Source: Obrimoposthia wandeli (taxonomy: Eukaryota). Taken from it: DNA of 64,000 bases. This document shows positions 1-9,525 of this stretch, one piece after another (within the stretch, counting starts at the first letter, position 1; every line of letters begins with the position of its first letter). The notes under the pieces were generated by a model that worked only from the letters and a program-made list of their open reading frames with translations, had not been told where the DNA came from and ran no database searches. The stretch spans positions 558,001 to 622,000 of the forward strand of contig CDROCS010001089.1 of the NCBI GenBank assembly GCA_977020255.1. The letters run 5' to 3'. The position numbers and the translations under genes were made by a program.

Positions 1-287
1 GATTAAGTACCACCCAAGATACTCAAGCGATTGAATTTGTGCGCAAACTAGCGCAAAACCGTGAGGTGGCGAGTATTAATTTTGGCACTGAAGGTGGTTT
101 GTTTAGTAATAGGTTAGGTGTAGCTACGCTGGTGTGCGGGCCTGGTAGTATGGATCAAGGGCATAAGCCAGATGAGTTTATCGAAAATCAACAGCTAGAA
201 GAGTGTGAAGCTTTTATGGCTCGTTTAATTGCTGAATTAAGGTCACCGCAAATAAAACTTGTGGTTAACGTTAAATCAATGAATTAA
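1..287 (+). CDS. argE: M20 family acetylornithine deacetylase-like protein, 3' part (5' end outside window)
   Basis: Frame is open from position 3 (LSTTQDTQAIEFVRKL...). C-terminal M20/ArgE motifs FGTEGGLF and CGPGSMDQGHKPDEF are present. The last ~10 codons come from a repeat (257-323). Confidence 0.75.
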   Translation, partial: LSTTQDTQAIEFVRKLAQNREVASINFGTEGGLFSNRLGVATLVCGPGSMDQGHKPDEFIENQQLEECEAFMARLIAELRSPQIKLVVNVKSMN

Positions 288-323
288 AGAACAACAACAA
301 TTAAACCGGACACTAATGATCTT
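257..323 (+). repeat. 67-bp direct repeat, copy A (contains IHF-consensus site AATCAATGAATTA at 274-286)
   Basis: Gapless alignment to 6084-6150 with 59/67 identities (counted by hand). Confidence 0.9.
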
Positions 324-338
324 CAATAGAAAGGGCTT

Positions 339-1238
339 TCATTTAGGGTGAACATGATGAGCAAGTTTAGCGCAGCGCTCTATCTGATGTGCGAGCGAAC
401 GGCTTATATCAGTATTAACTCCCCAATGTTGCCAATACAGAGGGATTTGTATGGAGTGTTCGGGGGTAAGCAAGCAGAGTTCGCCGCTATCTAGATAGCG
501 CTGAATTTGTAATTTAGGTGCCATACCAAAGCCCATAGAGCGCAAAATCCACTCGATATAACCTTCAGATGAGGGGATGAAATGCTGTAACTGCTGGCTT
601 GAGTTAAGGTTAAAAAAACGCTTTAGATATTCATGCTGTAATTGATCTTTATAGTTAAAAACCACCATAGGTGCTTTTTTAAAAGCATCCCTAGTTACCC
701 CTTTTGCAAAGTATTGTTTAATAAATTCGCTACTGGCAACACAGTGATATTCTAATGAGCCCAAAGGCGTTGTTGCGCAGCCCTGAAATACTTGCTCAAT
801 AGAGCTTATACAGCCAATGACCTCTCCACTGCGCAATAATTGGTGAGTTTGATCTTGATCATCCACTTTTAAATCTAATAACACTTTGTTGGCGGCGCAC
901 CAAGGAGCTAAAGCACTTAGCAGCCAAGTCGCTAAAGTGTCAGCATTTGTCGCTATTGCTATTTTTAACCACTGTGATTGGGTTCTTGGTGCTAGGTCAT
1001 TCATTAAGCTACGCTCAATCAATTGTAAACTGTTAGCGTATTTGAGTAACGATTGCCCTGCAGCGGTGGTTTTTATTTGAGGTGAGCGGATTAATAAACT
1101 CTGGCCTAGCTGCTCTTCTAAAGCTTTCAAGCGTTGTGAAACGGCTGATTGAGTAATGCATAATTGAATGGCTGCTCGTTCAAAACTGCGCTGTGAAACT
1201 ATTGCCGTAAATGCAGATAATCCTTTTGCATCAATCAT
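339..1238 (-). CDS. argP: ArgP/LysG-type LysR transcriptional regulator
   Basis: N-terminal SFERAA..LCITQSAVSQRLKALE HTH, NADTLATW and IPLYWQHW motifs; divergent from a LysE/ArgO exporter. Confidence 0.88.
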   Translation of the reverse strand: MIDAKGLSAFTAIVSQRSFERAAIQLCITQSAVSQRLKALEEQLGQSLLIRSPQIKTTAAGQSLLKYANSLQLIERSLMNDLAPRTQSQWLKIAIATNADTLATWLLSALAPWCAANKVLLDLKVDDQDQTHQLLRSGEVIGCISSIEQVFQGCATTPLGSLEYHCVASSEFIKQYFAKGVTRDAFKKAPMVVFNYKDQLQHEYLKRFFNLNSSQQLQHFIPSSEGYIEWILRSMGFGMAPKLQIQRYLDSGELCLLTPEHSIQIPLYWQHWGVNTDISRSLAHQIERCAKLAHHVHPK

Positions 1239-1435
1239 TTTAATCTCACCCCTTTTTCCTGTATTTCAGTCTCAGCTCAGATAACAATGACAGACATACA
1301 TAAACTTAGTCATTAATTTAATTAATGTATAGTAAATATGTTTAATTTTACTTATGCAAGAACATAAAGCATAGTTCTAGCGGTGCTTAGAGGCAAAATT
1401 TTTTCATTATAGTTATTTAACAATAGGCGTTTAAT

Positions 1436-2047
1436 ATGTGGTTTTTCCCTTTTATAAAAGGTTTAGGCATTGGAATGAGTTTGATTATGGCGATAGGCTC
1501 GCAAAATGCGTTTGTGCTCAGTAGTGCGATACGTAAACAGCACGCCTATATGATTGGTTTTGTGTGCATTGTAATTGATATAGTTCTGATATATAGCGGT
1601 GTCTTAGGTTTAGGCATCATCATTAAAGAGCAGCCGATACTGGTGACGTTAGCGAGCTATTTTGGGGCTGCATTTTTAATCGTATACGGGTTTTGGGCTT
1701 TTCAGCGCGCCTTGGCCCCACAAGGGTTAGCTGAGCAATCTATACAAAAGATGTCATTGCTCGCGGCGGTATCTAGTACTGCTGCGCTGAGTTTATTAAA
1801 TCCACATGTATATTTAGATACCGTGGTTTTACTCGGTAGTATCGGTGGCCAATTGCCGGGATCAGATCCTTTGTGGTTCGCCTTTGGAGCAAGTGTTGGA
1901 TCCATCCTTTGGTTTTCCTTATTAGTGGTGGGTGGGATTGCGCTGGCGCCTTGGTTTAAAAGTGAAAAGAGTTGGCAAAAGTTAGATATTTTCGTGGGGA
2001 TCACCATGTGGGTTATTGCCGCTTTTTTAATAGTATCGGTTGTGTAA
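1436..2047 (+). CDS. argO: LysE/ArgO family arginine/lysine exporter
   Basis: LIMAIGSQNAFVL and LLNPHVYLDTVVLLGSIG motifs; hydrophobic; divergent from argP. Confidence 0.88.
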   Translation: MWFFPFIKGLGIGMSLIMAIGSQNAFVLSSAIRKQHAYMIGFVCIVIDIVLIYSGVLGLGIIIKEQPILVTLASYFGAAFLIVYGFWAFQRALAPQGLAEQSIQKMSLLAAVSSTAALSLLNPHVYLDTVVLLGSIGGQLPGSDPLWFAFGASVGSILWFSLLVVGGIALAPWFKSEKSWQKLDIFVGITMWVIAAFLIVSVV

Positions 2048-2218
2048 TATATCAAAGCTTACCTTTGATGTATAAATGCGTTATTAGCATTACCTTAAGT
2101 CGGTAAGTTTTATGGCGAAATTTGGTAAAGAGGTTTAAGCTGAGATGGAAATGTTAGGTGGGTTGCTTTAACCCTTCACTCCTTGATTGTTTTAGCAGAG
2201 CATTCAATAAGATAAGGA

Positions 2219-3214
2219 TTAAGTCTTTTCAGGGCTATCTACAGTGTTCGTTTGTGTAGTTGATTCGGACTGTCCTAAAGGCTTGTAAAAACGCTGATCG
2301 GTAAATACCGATTGAGCTAACTCAGCGGCACGCTCTTTTAGGGTGTTTATGAATGCTTCGGCGACAGGCGTTAATCTAAAGCGCGCTATTTTGGCCACCC
2401 CTAAACGTAGCGGGCGCAGCTTCCCCGTTAAAGGAATAGCCACTATTTCGCTACCATCAAGTGCAAAATTATTAACTAACGGGGTGTTGAATAGCGAGTA
2501 ACCAAAGCCATTAGCAACAAGGCCGCTTACCATCGCTAATGATTGTGCACGATAAGCGAAGTTAGGCTCAACATCTTGGCTTAAAAACAGTGAAAAAAAG
2601 TATTCTCGACTCATTGGCCAATCTAATAACACCATCGGATATTCTGCCAACTCAGTTAAAGATAGCTCTACACGTTTGGCGAGCGGATGATCCTTAGCGA
2701 GTGCTACATAAGGTGGGAATTCGATAATGGGTTCGAACTCTATATCTGTAGGCAGTTGCAGATCATAAGTAAGTGCTAGTTCATAACTACCTACCATTAA
2801 GCTTTGGATAATATCCTTTTGATGGCTTTCATCGCATTGAATATTTACTTCAGGATAGCTCTCTATAAATTTTTTCATTAACGAGGGCAGCAGAATTGGT
2901 GTAAAAGTAGGAAAGCTAACAATACGCAGTGAACCTGCAATATCCGTGCAGAGTGTGCTGGCGTAGTGGCCTAGATTTTCTGCATCCAGTAACAATTGCT
3001 TAGATTTAATAATAAATTGGCGCCCAGCAGGGGTAAGCGATAAGCCTTGTGCGTGATGGCGCATAAACAGTTGTAAGCCGGTGGCTTCCTCTAAGTGTAA
3101 AATGGCCGTTGAAATAGATGGCTGAGAAACGTGTAGCTCTTCAGCGGCACGGGTCACACTGCTGTGCTCTCCCGCCTTAACAAAATAACGCAAATGCTTG
3201 AGTGTAAAGTGCAT
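2219..3214 (-). CDS. LysR family transcriptional regulator of the adjacent monooxygenase unit
   Basis: LysR HTH (LRYFVKAGEHSSVTRAAEELHVSQPSIS), RHHAQG motif; divergent from 3492. Confidence 0.9.
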   Translation of the reverse strand: MHFTLKHLRYFVKAGEHSSVTRAAEELHVSQPSISTAILHLEEATGLQLFMRHHAQGLSLTPAGRQFIIKSKQLLLDAENLGHYASTLCTDIAGSLRIVSFPTFTPILLPSLMKKFIESYPEVNIQCDESHQKDIIQSLMVGSYELALTYDLQLPTDIEFEPIIEFPPYVALAKDHPLAKRVELSLTELAEYPMVLLDWPMSREYFFSLFLSQDVEPNFAYRAQSLAMVSGLVANGFGYSLFNTPLVNNFALDGSEIVAIPLTGKLRPLRLGVAKIARFRLTPVAEAFINTLKERAAELAQSVFTDQRFYKPLGQSESTTQTNTVDSPEKT

Positions 3215-3491
3215 TGAAAGCTCCCTTGTCTAGCTTGCGTTAGTGGCAAGTCTTAATTTTATATTGCAGTCTATATTAGAAAAAACAATCCAATAACGCT
3301 ACTAGGTTAGTATTTTTAATTTAAGGGTGATGTCTAAAGCTCGTCAACGCATGGCAGATCAAAGCGCTGCATAGGTTTTACTGATTCAAGTTATATATTA
3401 ATAGTATTTTAATTATGCAGAAATGTTTCTTACTCTTAAGCGAATGCAAAAACAGAATGGGCTAACGCATTCGCGAAAATAGGACGCAAAC

Positions 3492-4751
3492 ATGACAGTT
3501 GAGAACATAGATACACTGGTTATTGGCGCAGGCCAAGCTGGCGTTGCAATGAGTGAGCATTTAAGCAATTTATCAGTACCGCATATCGTACTCGAACGCG
3601 ATCGTATAGCAGAGCGCTGGCGCACAGGGCGCTGGGATTCACTAGTAGCTAATGGACCCGCTTGGCACGATCGCTTTCCTGGGTTAGAGTTTGAAAATCT
3701 CGACGCTGATGATTTTGCCCCTAAAGAGCAAGTGGCAGACTATTTTGTAGCCTATGCAAAAAAGTTTAAAGCACCGATACGCACTGGAGTCTCAGTGACT
3801 AAAGTGCAGCGTAATCAAAACGAGCCAGGTTTTCGGGTAGAGACTTCCCAAGGAGTGATTAATGCTCAAAGAATTGTTGCCGCTACAGGGCCTTTTCAGC
3901 GCTCAGTAATTCCGCCTATCGCGCCTAAAGACAGTACATTGCATCAAATTCACTCTGCTGATTACCGTAATCCACAACAAATGCCTGAAGGTGGCGTGCT
4001 GGTGGTAGGTGCAGGCTCTTCAGGTGTGCAAATAGCAGATGAGCTACGCCGTGCAGGTAGAAAAGTTTACTTATCAGTGGGTGCACATGACAGGCCACCG
4101 CGCGCTTATCGAAATCGTGATTTTGTGTGGTGGTTAGGTGTGTTAGGTGAATGGGATGCCGCTGAAATGAAACCTGGTGCTGAACATGTCACTATCGCGG
4201 TAAGCGGTGCTCATGGCGGCCAGACCATCGACTTTAGAAATTTAGCGCATCAGGGTATTACGCTGACGGGAGTAACTGAATCTTTTACAGATGGTGTGGT
4301 TACTTTCAAGCAAAATTTGGTTGATAACATTAATCGCGGTGATGCCAATTATTTGGCTGTTTTAGATGCCGCAGATGCTTATATTGCTAGCAATGGATTA
4401 GATTTACCTGAGGAGCCTACAGCGCGTCACATCTATGATGATCCCGATTGTATGACGAAGCCAATTGTTGAACTTGATTTAGCCGCAGCAAGGGTTAACT
4501 CTATCATTTGGGCAACTGGCTTTGCTGTTGACTATAGTTGGATGAAAGTTGATGCGTTTAATGATCAGGGAAGGCCGCTGCATCAGCGGGGGGTATCGAC
4601 ACAAGCAGGTATTTATTTTGTAGGGTTGCCGTGGCAGTCTCGTCGCGGCTCTTCATTTATATGGGGTGTTTGGCACGATGCAAAATACGTTGCAGATCAT
4701 ATAGATACACAGCGCAAATACATAGAATACCGTGATAGCTCGCAGTACTAA
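3492..4751 (+). CDS. Flavin-containing monooxygenase-like NAD(P)/FAD oxidoreductase
   Basis: Two Rossmann motifs (VIGAGQAG; VVGAGSSG), FMO-type HSADYRNP, WATGF and GIYFVGL. Confidence 0.88.
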   Translation: MTVENIDTLVIGAGQAGVAMSEHLSNLSVPHIVLERDRIAERWRTGRWDSLVANGPAWHDRFPGLEFENLDADDFAPKEQVADYFVAYAKKFKAPIRTGVSVTKVQRNQNEPGFRVETSQGVINAQRIVAATGPFQRSVIPPIAPKDSTLHQIHSADYRNPQQMPEGGVLVVGAGSSGVQIADELRRAGRKVYLSVGAHDRPPRAYRNRDFVWWLGVLGEWDAAEMKPGAEHVTIAVSGAHGGQTIDFRNLAHQGITLTGVTESFTDGVVTFKQNLVDNINRGDANYLAVLDAADAYIASNGLDLPEEPTARHIYDDPDCMTKPIVELDLAAARVNSIIWATGFAVDYSWMKVDAFNDQGRPLHQRGVSTQAGIYFVGLPWQSRRGSSFIWGVWHDAKYVADHIDTQRKYIEYRDSSQY

Positions 4752-4829
4752 GCCGGTTTGTATAGCACAAGGTGCTGTTGTTGATACGACAGCTGCATTA
4801 TTTACACATCACTTATTTGGAATAACAAC

Positions 4830-5255
4830 ATGGCTACTCCTGCTCCTACTCATACTCGAATCCGTATGTTTAACACAAAAGAAACCTACCCAAATCAGGA
4901 ACTAGATAATGATCTTTGCCAAGCAGTGCGCGCAGGTAATACTGTATATGTGCGCGGTCAAGTAGGCACCGATTTTGAGGGTAATTTAATTGGCTTAGGT
5001 GACCCCGGTGCGCAAGCTGAGCAGGCGATGAGAAATGTTGATCAGCTGTTAAAAGAAGCGGGGTCAGATATTAGTCATGTAGTGAAAACAACTACTTATA
5101 TCACTGATCCACGTTTTCGCGAAGCGGTTTATAAAGAGACTGGAAAATGGTTTAAAGGTGTATTTCCTATCTCTACAGGCTTAGTTGTACAAGGCTTGGC
5201 GCAACCTGAGTGGTTGATGGAAATTGATATTATTGCGGTTATTCCAGACCAGTAA
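4830..5255 (+). CDS. RidA/YjgF family protein
   Basis: VRAGNTVYVRGQVG and LAQPEWLMEIDIIAV Rid-fold motifs. Confidence 0.88.
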   Translation: MATPAPTHTRIRMFNTKETYPNQELDNDLCQAVRAGNTVYVRGQVGTDFEGNLIGLGDPGAQAEQAMRNVDQLLKEAGSDISHVVKTTTYITDPRFREAVYKETGKWFKGVFPISTGLVVQGLAQPEWLMEIDIIAVIPDQ

Positions 5256-5307
5256 TCGCTCACCATTCATCTGTATTGATATGAACTAATTAAAAGAAGG
5301 AGTTGTT

Positions 5308-5979
5308 ATGACGTTTTCTGTCGCGGGTATCTGCCCTGATACAGGCATGTTGGGCTGTGCAATTAGCTCATCGAGTATTTGTGTCACTAGCCGTTGTGCG
5401 TTCACAGCGAGTGGTACAGGGGTTGCTTTAACACAAAACATTACCAATCCAGATCTTGGGCCTTTAGCGCTTAAGTTAATGGATCAAGGAAAAGCAGTAG
5501 AAGAGATTATGCAGGCGCTGGCTGAAGCGGATAGTGATGTTCAGTGGCGCCAGCTTGGAATTATTAACAACAGTGGCCAGAGCTGCACTTTTAGCGGTGA
5601 GCAAGCATTGGGTTTACATGCCTCTGCCAGTGGTAAAAACTGTATCGCGCTGGGGAATATGTTGGCAGACACGGCTGTACCTCAGGTGATGGTGGAGCAT
5701 TTTGAGCAAAGTAGCGGCCACCTTGCAGAGCGATTACTTAAAGCATTAGCCGCAGGGTTAGCGGCAGGTGGAGAGTTGGGCCCAGTGCACTCAGCAGGGC
5801 TTCGGGTTAATGCCGATCCTGCATGGCCAGTGGTTGATCTTCGGGTAGATTGGCATTCCACGCCCATAGAAGAACTAGGCCTGCTGTGGAGTAACTATCA
5901 GCCACAGATGCAAGCGTATATTATCCGTGCGGCGGATCCAGCGAACTCAGAGTCGTATGGCGTGCCTGGGAGCGAGTAA
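5308..5979 (+). CDS. DUF1028 family protein (Ntn-hydrolase-like)
   Basis: N-terminal MTFS (Thr2 nucleophile position), TQNITNP, GNMLA, LRVDWH motifs. Confidence 0.85.
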   Translation: MTFSVAGICPDTGMLGCAISSSSICVTSRCAFTASGTGVALTQNITNPDLGPLALKLMDQGKAVEEIMQALAEADSDVQWRQLGIINNSGQSCTFSGEQALGLHASASGKNCIALGNMLADTAVPQVMVEHFEQSSGHLAERLLKALAAGLAAGGELGPVHSAGLRVNADPAWPVVDLRVDWHSTPIEELGLLWSNYQPQMQAYIIRAADPANSESYGVPGSE

Positions 5980-5985
5980 TAGATT

Positions 5986-6154
5986 ATCTTGGCTCATTGC
6001 TGACCGGTTAAAAAGTGTAAGCTCTTTACTCATTGGCTTGTGATTTTCTAACATAGTTAATTGGGCTTTTTCAGCCAAGTAATACTTGTGGTTAGCGTAA
6101 AATCAATGAGTTAAAGAACAACAAAAATCATACCAAACACTAATGATCTTGGCT
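5986..6154. mobile_element. Candidate non-autonomous miniature element (151 bp, 5995-6145) with 9-bp flanking direct repeat ATCTTGGCT
   Basis: ATCTTGGCT at 5986-5994 and 6146-6154; imperfect terminal inverted repeats CATT...AATG; internal IHF consensus at 6101-6113. Removing it restores a terminator a few bp after the DUF1028 stop. Confidence 0.6.
6084..6150 (+). repeat. 67-bp direct repeat, copy B
   Basis: 59/67 identical to 257-323, no gaps. Confidence 0.9.
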
Positions 6155-6179
6155 AAGCTTTACAATCAAAGCTTAGCCA
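6150..6179 (+). terminator. Intrinsic terminator-like hairpin of the monooxygenase operon
   Basis: Perfect 12-bp stem TGGCTAAGCTTT / AAAGCTTAGCCA, 6-nt loop, T-rich tract shortly after. Confidence 0.75.
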
Positions 6180-6326
6180 CAGTTCTTTTTACAACGCAAA
6201 AGGAGTGTAACTGCGCAGCATTGTTTTTGTACACTCTCTGGTTTGTTCTGTTTAGTAAACTGATTCATAGCAATAATTAGTGCTAGGTTAGTCGGCTTAC
6301 TTTCGTTTAACCTCTATGTAATTTTT

Positions 6327-7541
6327 GTGAGAAATATGACTGCTAAACCACTATTAAATTTACCGTTACTGGTTTTGGCGCGAATCTGCACGACCGCAAT
6401 TTTCATGACTTATCCGGCCTGTTTGAACTTGTTGCTTAGTGAATGGCAAATGAGCGCTGCGCAGGGCGGTTTGATTCAGGGTGTGTTTACCATTTGCTTT
6501 GCTTTATCATTATTAGCAACCTCTTTTCTATGTGACCATTACGGGGCTCGCAAAGTATTTGTGCTCTCTTGTGCCGCGGTAGCTATTAGTGCGCTAGCCT
6601 TTGCCTTGTTTGCAGATGGTTTTTGGTCGGCGATGTGGCTGTTAGCTTTAATAGGCTTAGCACAAGGAGGTACTTATACCCCTTCGATCATGCTGGTGTC
6701 TGTGCACAGTCCTATTGGTAAAAAGAGCGCAGCTATTGGCTGGGCAATATCGGGAATGTCTGCCGGTTACATAATCTCTATTTTCTTATCAACTATAATG
6801 TTGGATCTTTATGGCTATCAAGCAGCCTTTATAGCCACTGCAAGTTTCTCAGTACTAGGCTGGGTGCTTGGCGTTGCTGCCGTGAAACACACACCCACTA
6901 CACCTGTGGGGGCTTCTCAAAAAGTACAGGTATTTACCGCGAAAAAGCAGCGCCGCTCAAGATTACTGACACTTGGCTATATTGGACACAGCTGGGAGTT
7001 AATGGGGATGTGGGCGTGGATGCCCGCTTTTTTGACCGCTACAATAGTGCTCAGTGATGATTTTACAGCGATAGAGCTGGGCCTGTGGACTGCCCTTGCA
7101 CTACATTTATCTGGCGCTATAGCCTCGCTTTCTTCTGGTTATGCCGCCGAACGTTTCGGTATTCGCCCGGTGTTGATTTTCTTTGCTGCGCTAGGGCTAA
7201 TCTGCTCTTTAAGCATCGGTTGGCTACACACTGCTGAGGGCATTACGACAGGCGTTTCTTTAGTCATGTTGTTTGCTGCGGTGGCGGTATATGGATTTTC
7301 CTCGGTAGGAGATTCAGCGGTGATGTCCTCTGCAATGGCGCAAGCGGTACCTGCACAGCATTTGGGCAAAGCGTTAGGTTTGCGCTCAATTTTAGGGATG
7401 GGAGCAGGGGCGTTGGCACCAATTAGCTTTGGTGTTGTGCTAGATTTGGTTGCTACTGATATTGCTTGGGGACTATCATTTACGAGCTTGGCCGTCGGCG
7501 GTTTAATTGCTTTAGTGTGTGCTTTATCCTTACCAGATTAG
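6327..7541 (+). CDS. MFS transporter
   Basis: About 12 hydrophobic segments, motif-A-like CDHYGARKV and AERFGIRP. Confidence 0.88.
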   Translation: MRNMTAKPLLNLPLLVLARICTTAIFMTYPACLNLLLSEWQMSAAQGGLIQGVFTICFALSLLATSFLCDHYGARKVFVLSCAAVAISALAFALFADGFWSAMWLLALIGLAQGGTYTPSIMLVSVHSPIGKKSAAIGWAISGMSAGYIISIFLSTIMLDLYGYQAAFIATASFSVLGWVLGVAAVKHTPTTPVGASQKVQVFTAKKQRRSRLLTLGYIGHSWELMGMWAWMPAFLTATIVLSDDFTAIELGLWTALALHLSGAIASLSSGYAAERFGIRPVLIFFAALGLICSLSIGWLHTAEGITTGVSLVMLFAAVAVYGFSSVGDSAVMSSAMAQAVPAQHLGKALGLRSILGMGAGALAPISFGVVLDLVATDIAWGLSFTSLAVGGLIALVCALSLPD

Positions 7542-7622
7542 CGATAGATTACCTTTGATTTACTAATCAGCGTGATTTGCTATATGCTGTTCGTATCAAA
7601 ATATGAGACGAATAGGGTGTTC

Positions 7623-8546
7623 ATGGATATTCTAGAAGATATTTTTAATACGTTAGGCTTGAAAGGGGCACTGTATTTTCGCACGGATTTCAGTGCTCCT
7701 TGGGGAGTTACTGTACCTTATCATGAAGGTGTAGCGCGCTTTCATCTGGTGATTCAAGGGCATTGCTTTATAAGGGTTAATGGCAGTGAGTGTGTTGAAC
7801 TCAGTGCTGGAGATTTAATCATGGTGCCGCGCGGCGTGCCCCATGAATTACTTGCAAGTCCTGATGCAGATGCGCCACCGCTTGAGCAAGTACTTACTGA
7901 TACGGGTTATCAAGGCAAAGGCGTCTTAGCAGTAGGTGATGGTGACCCACGCGCCACCACACAATTGGTATGCGGTCATTTAAGTTTTCGCAACCAAGCA
8001 GATCATCCAGTATTAAGGGTATTGCCAGACTATCTGTTAGTCGCCAATAGTTGTCGTGCTAAACATCCTTTACTAGACAGTGTGTTGCGTTTAATTACCC
8101 AGCGCATCTTTGATGATCAATTGGGCGCTGCCGCGTCAGTCACACGTCTTTCTGAGATCGTTTTTATTGAGCTGCTAAAAGCTGGCATAAGTGAGAGGCC
8201 TGAGCTAATAGCGTTATTAGAAGGCCTTCAAGATCCAAAAATAGGAAAATCACTGCAATTAATCCACGCACAGCCTGATAGTCTCTGGACCGTTGAATCA
8301 CTCGCGACAGAAGTGGCTATGTCTCGAAGCCGCTTTGCACAGCGCTTTAATGAGTTGATGGGTATTGGGCCGATGGCTTATTTATCGGATTGGCGTTTAC
8401 AAAAGGCTGTGTCGATGCTGGAGGGATCTCGGATGAGCGTACAGCAAATCGCTGCAAAAACCGGTTACCAGTCGGCATCCTCATTTACCCGAGCATTCTC
8501 TGGAAAGTTTGGTATTGCGCCAAGAGAATATCGCCAAACGGCGTAA
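7623..8546 (+). CDS. AraC family regulator with N-terminal cupin (RclR-like)
   Basis: FRTDFSAPWG cupin start; C-terminal WTVESLA..VAMSRSRFA and GYQSASSFTRAF. ATG at 7623 preferred over the track start 7572. Confidence 0.88.
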   Translation: MDILEDIFNTLGLKGALYFRTDFSAPWGVTVPYHEGVARFHLVIQGHCFIRVNGSECVELSAGDLIMVPRGVPHELLASPDADAPPLEQVLTDTGYQGKGVLAVGDGDPRATTQLVCGHLSFRNQADHPVLRVLPDYLLVANSCRAKHPLLDSVLRLITQRIFDDQLGAAASVTRLSEIVFIELLKAGISERPELIALLEGLQDPKIGKSLQLIHAQPDSLWTVESLATEVAMSRSRFAQRFNELMGIGPMAYLSDWRLQKAVSMLEGSRMSVQQIAAKTGYQSASSFTRAFSGKFGIAPREYRQTA

Positions 8547-8739
8547 ACAATACATATCGTATCTAATGCTTTGCAATTAATCTCAATATAAAGTCATAGT
8601 ATTTACATATCATCTCATTTGATCAAAACTAAACTTACTCAGGCAATTAGCTTGATGTTAGCAACTTTGATCACGGCTCGGCGCTTATTCTTTATTAACT
8701 AAAGATAATAAGTGCCTTATAAGCGCCGCAACATAAAAG

Positions 8740-9258
8740 GTGAATACGATGTCTAAAGCTATCTCAAAAAAACCTATCACTGGTGCAGGTTTTGTTTCTG
8801 TTGCCTTACTTACTTCGCTTTCTTTTTCAACATTAGCCACCGCTGCAGATGAACACAATGTTGCTCCAGGTTTAACAGCAGCAGGTGCACCATTAGGCCT
8901 GCACGGTGTTGACCCAGTTGCAGCTGTTAGTACGGGAAAAGCAGTAGAAGGCAGTGCCACTTTTACCGCGACACATGAAGATGTGGCCTATTACTTTAGC
9001 GATGGCGCAAGTATGAAACGATTCCAAGCAAGCCCAGCTAGCTATATTCCACAAAACGGTGGTTTCTGTACCTTCGGTGTTTCTGTTGGCAAGAAGTTTG
9101 ACGGTGATCCTAATTTTGCCAGCATTGTTGGCGGCAAACTTTACGTGTTCCTCAATGAAGATATCTACAAGCTCTTTCTCAAAGATAAAGCAGGCACTAT
9201 TGCGAAAGCTGAGCAACAGTGGAAAAGCATTGAGCACACTACTGCCAGCGCTTTATAA
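8740..9258 (+). CDS. Exported YHS domain-containing protein
   Basis: Signal-peptide-like N-terminus; LHGVDPVA, YYFSD, PQNGGFCTFGVSVGKKFDGDP motifs. Confidence 0.8.
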   Translation: MNTMSKAISKKPITGAGFVSVALLTSLSFSTLATAADEHNVAPGLTAAGAPLGLHGVDPVAAVSTGKAVEGSATFTATHEDVAYYFSDGASMKRFQASPASYIPQNGGFCTFGVSVGKKFDGDPNFASIVGGKLYVFLNEDIYKLFLKDKAGTIAKAEQQWKSIEHTTASAL

Positions 9259-9281
9259 ATATTTATCAGTGATAGAAATAA

Positions 9282-9306
9282 AGATCAGGTGAAGGGTGCC
9301 TGATCT
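9282..9306 (+). terminator. Hairpin terminator after YHS gene
   Basis: AGATCAGG / CCTGATCT 8-bp stem followed by CTTT. Confidence 0.6.
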
Positions 9307-9525
9307 CTTTGGTAATGAGTTAGAAATTATCCACAAGGCTTTTCTAATTTAGCAGCCTGTCGGACTTAACGCTAATCTACTGCGAAAAATCAGAATTTGG
9401 CCATATTTACTGCTCTTTCTCGTTAAATAGCTCGCTATTCGCCTCAAAAGACCAAGAAATCTATCTCAAATCTGCTTTTTCTCGCTACGATCGGCCAAGC
9501 CCGACAGACTGCTAGGGGGAAAATC

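Noticed and set aside
9327-9335. Isolated perfect DnaA box TTATCCACA between the YHS and MAPEG genes (possible datA/DARS-like site)
   Set aside because: Single box with no neighbouring boxes or IHF site seen; roughly one chance occurrence is expected in 64 kb of AT-rich DNA.
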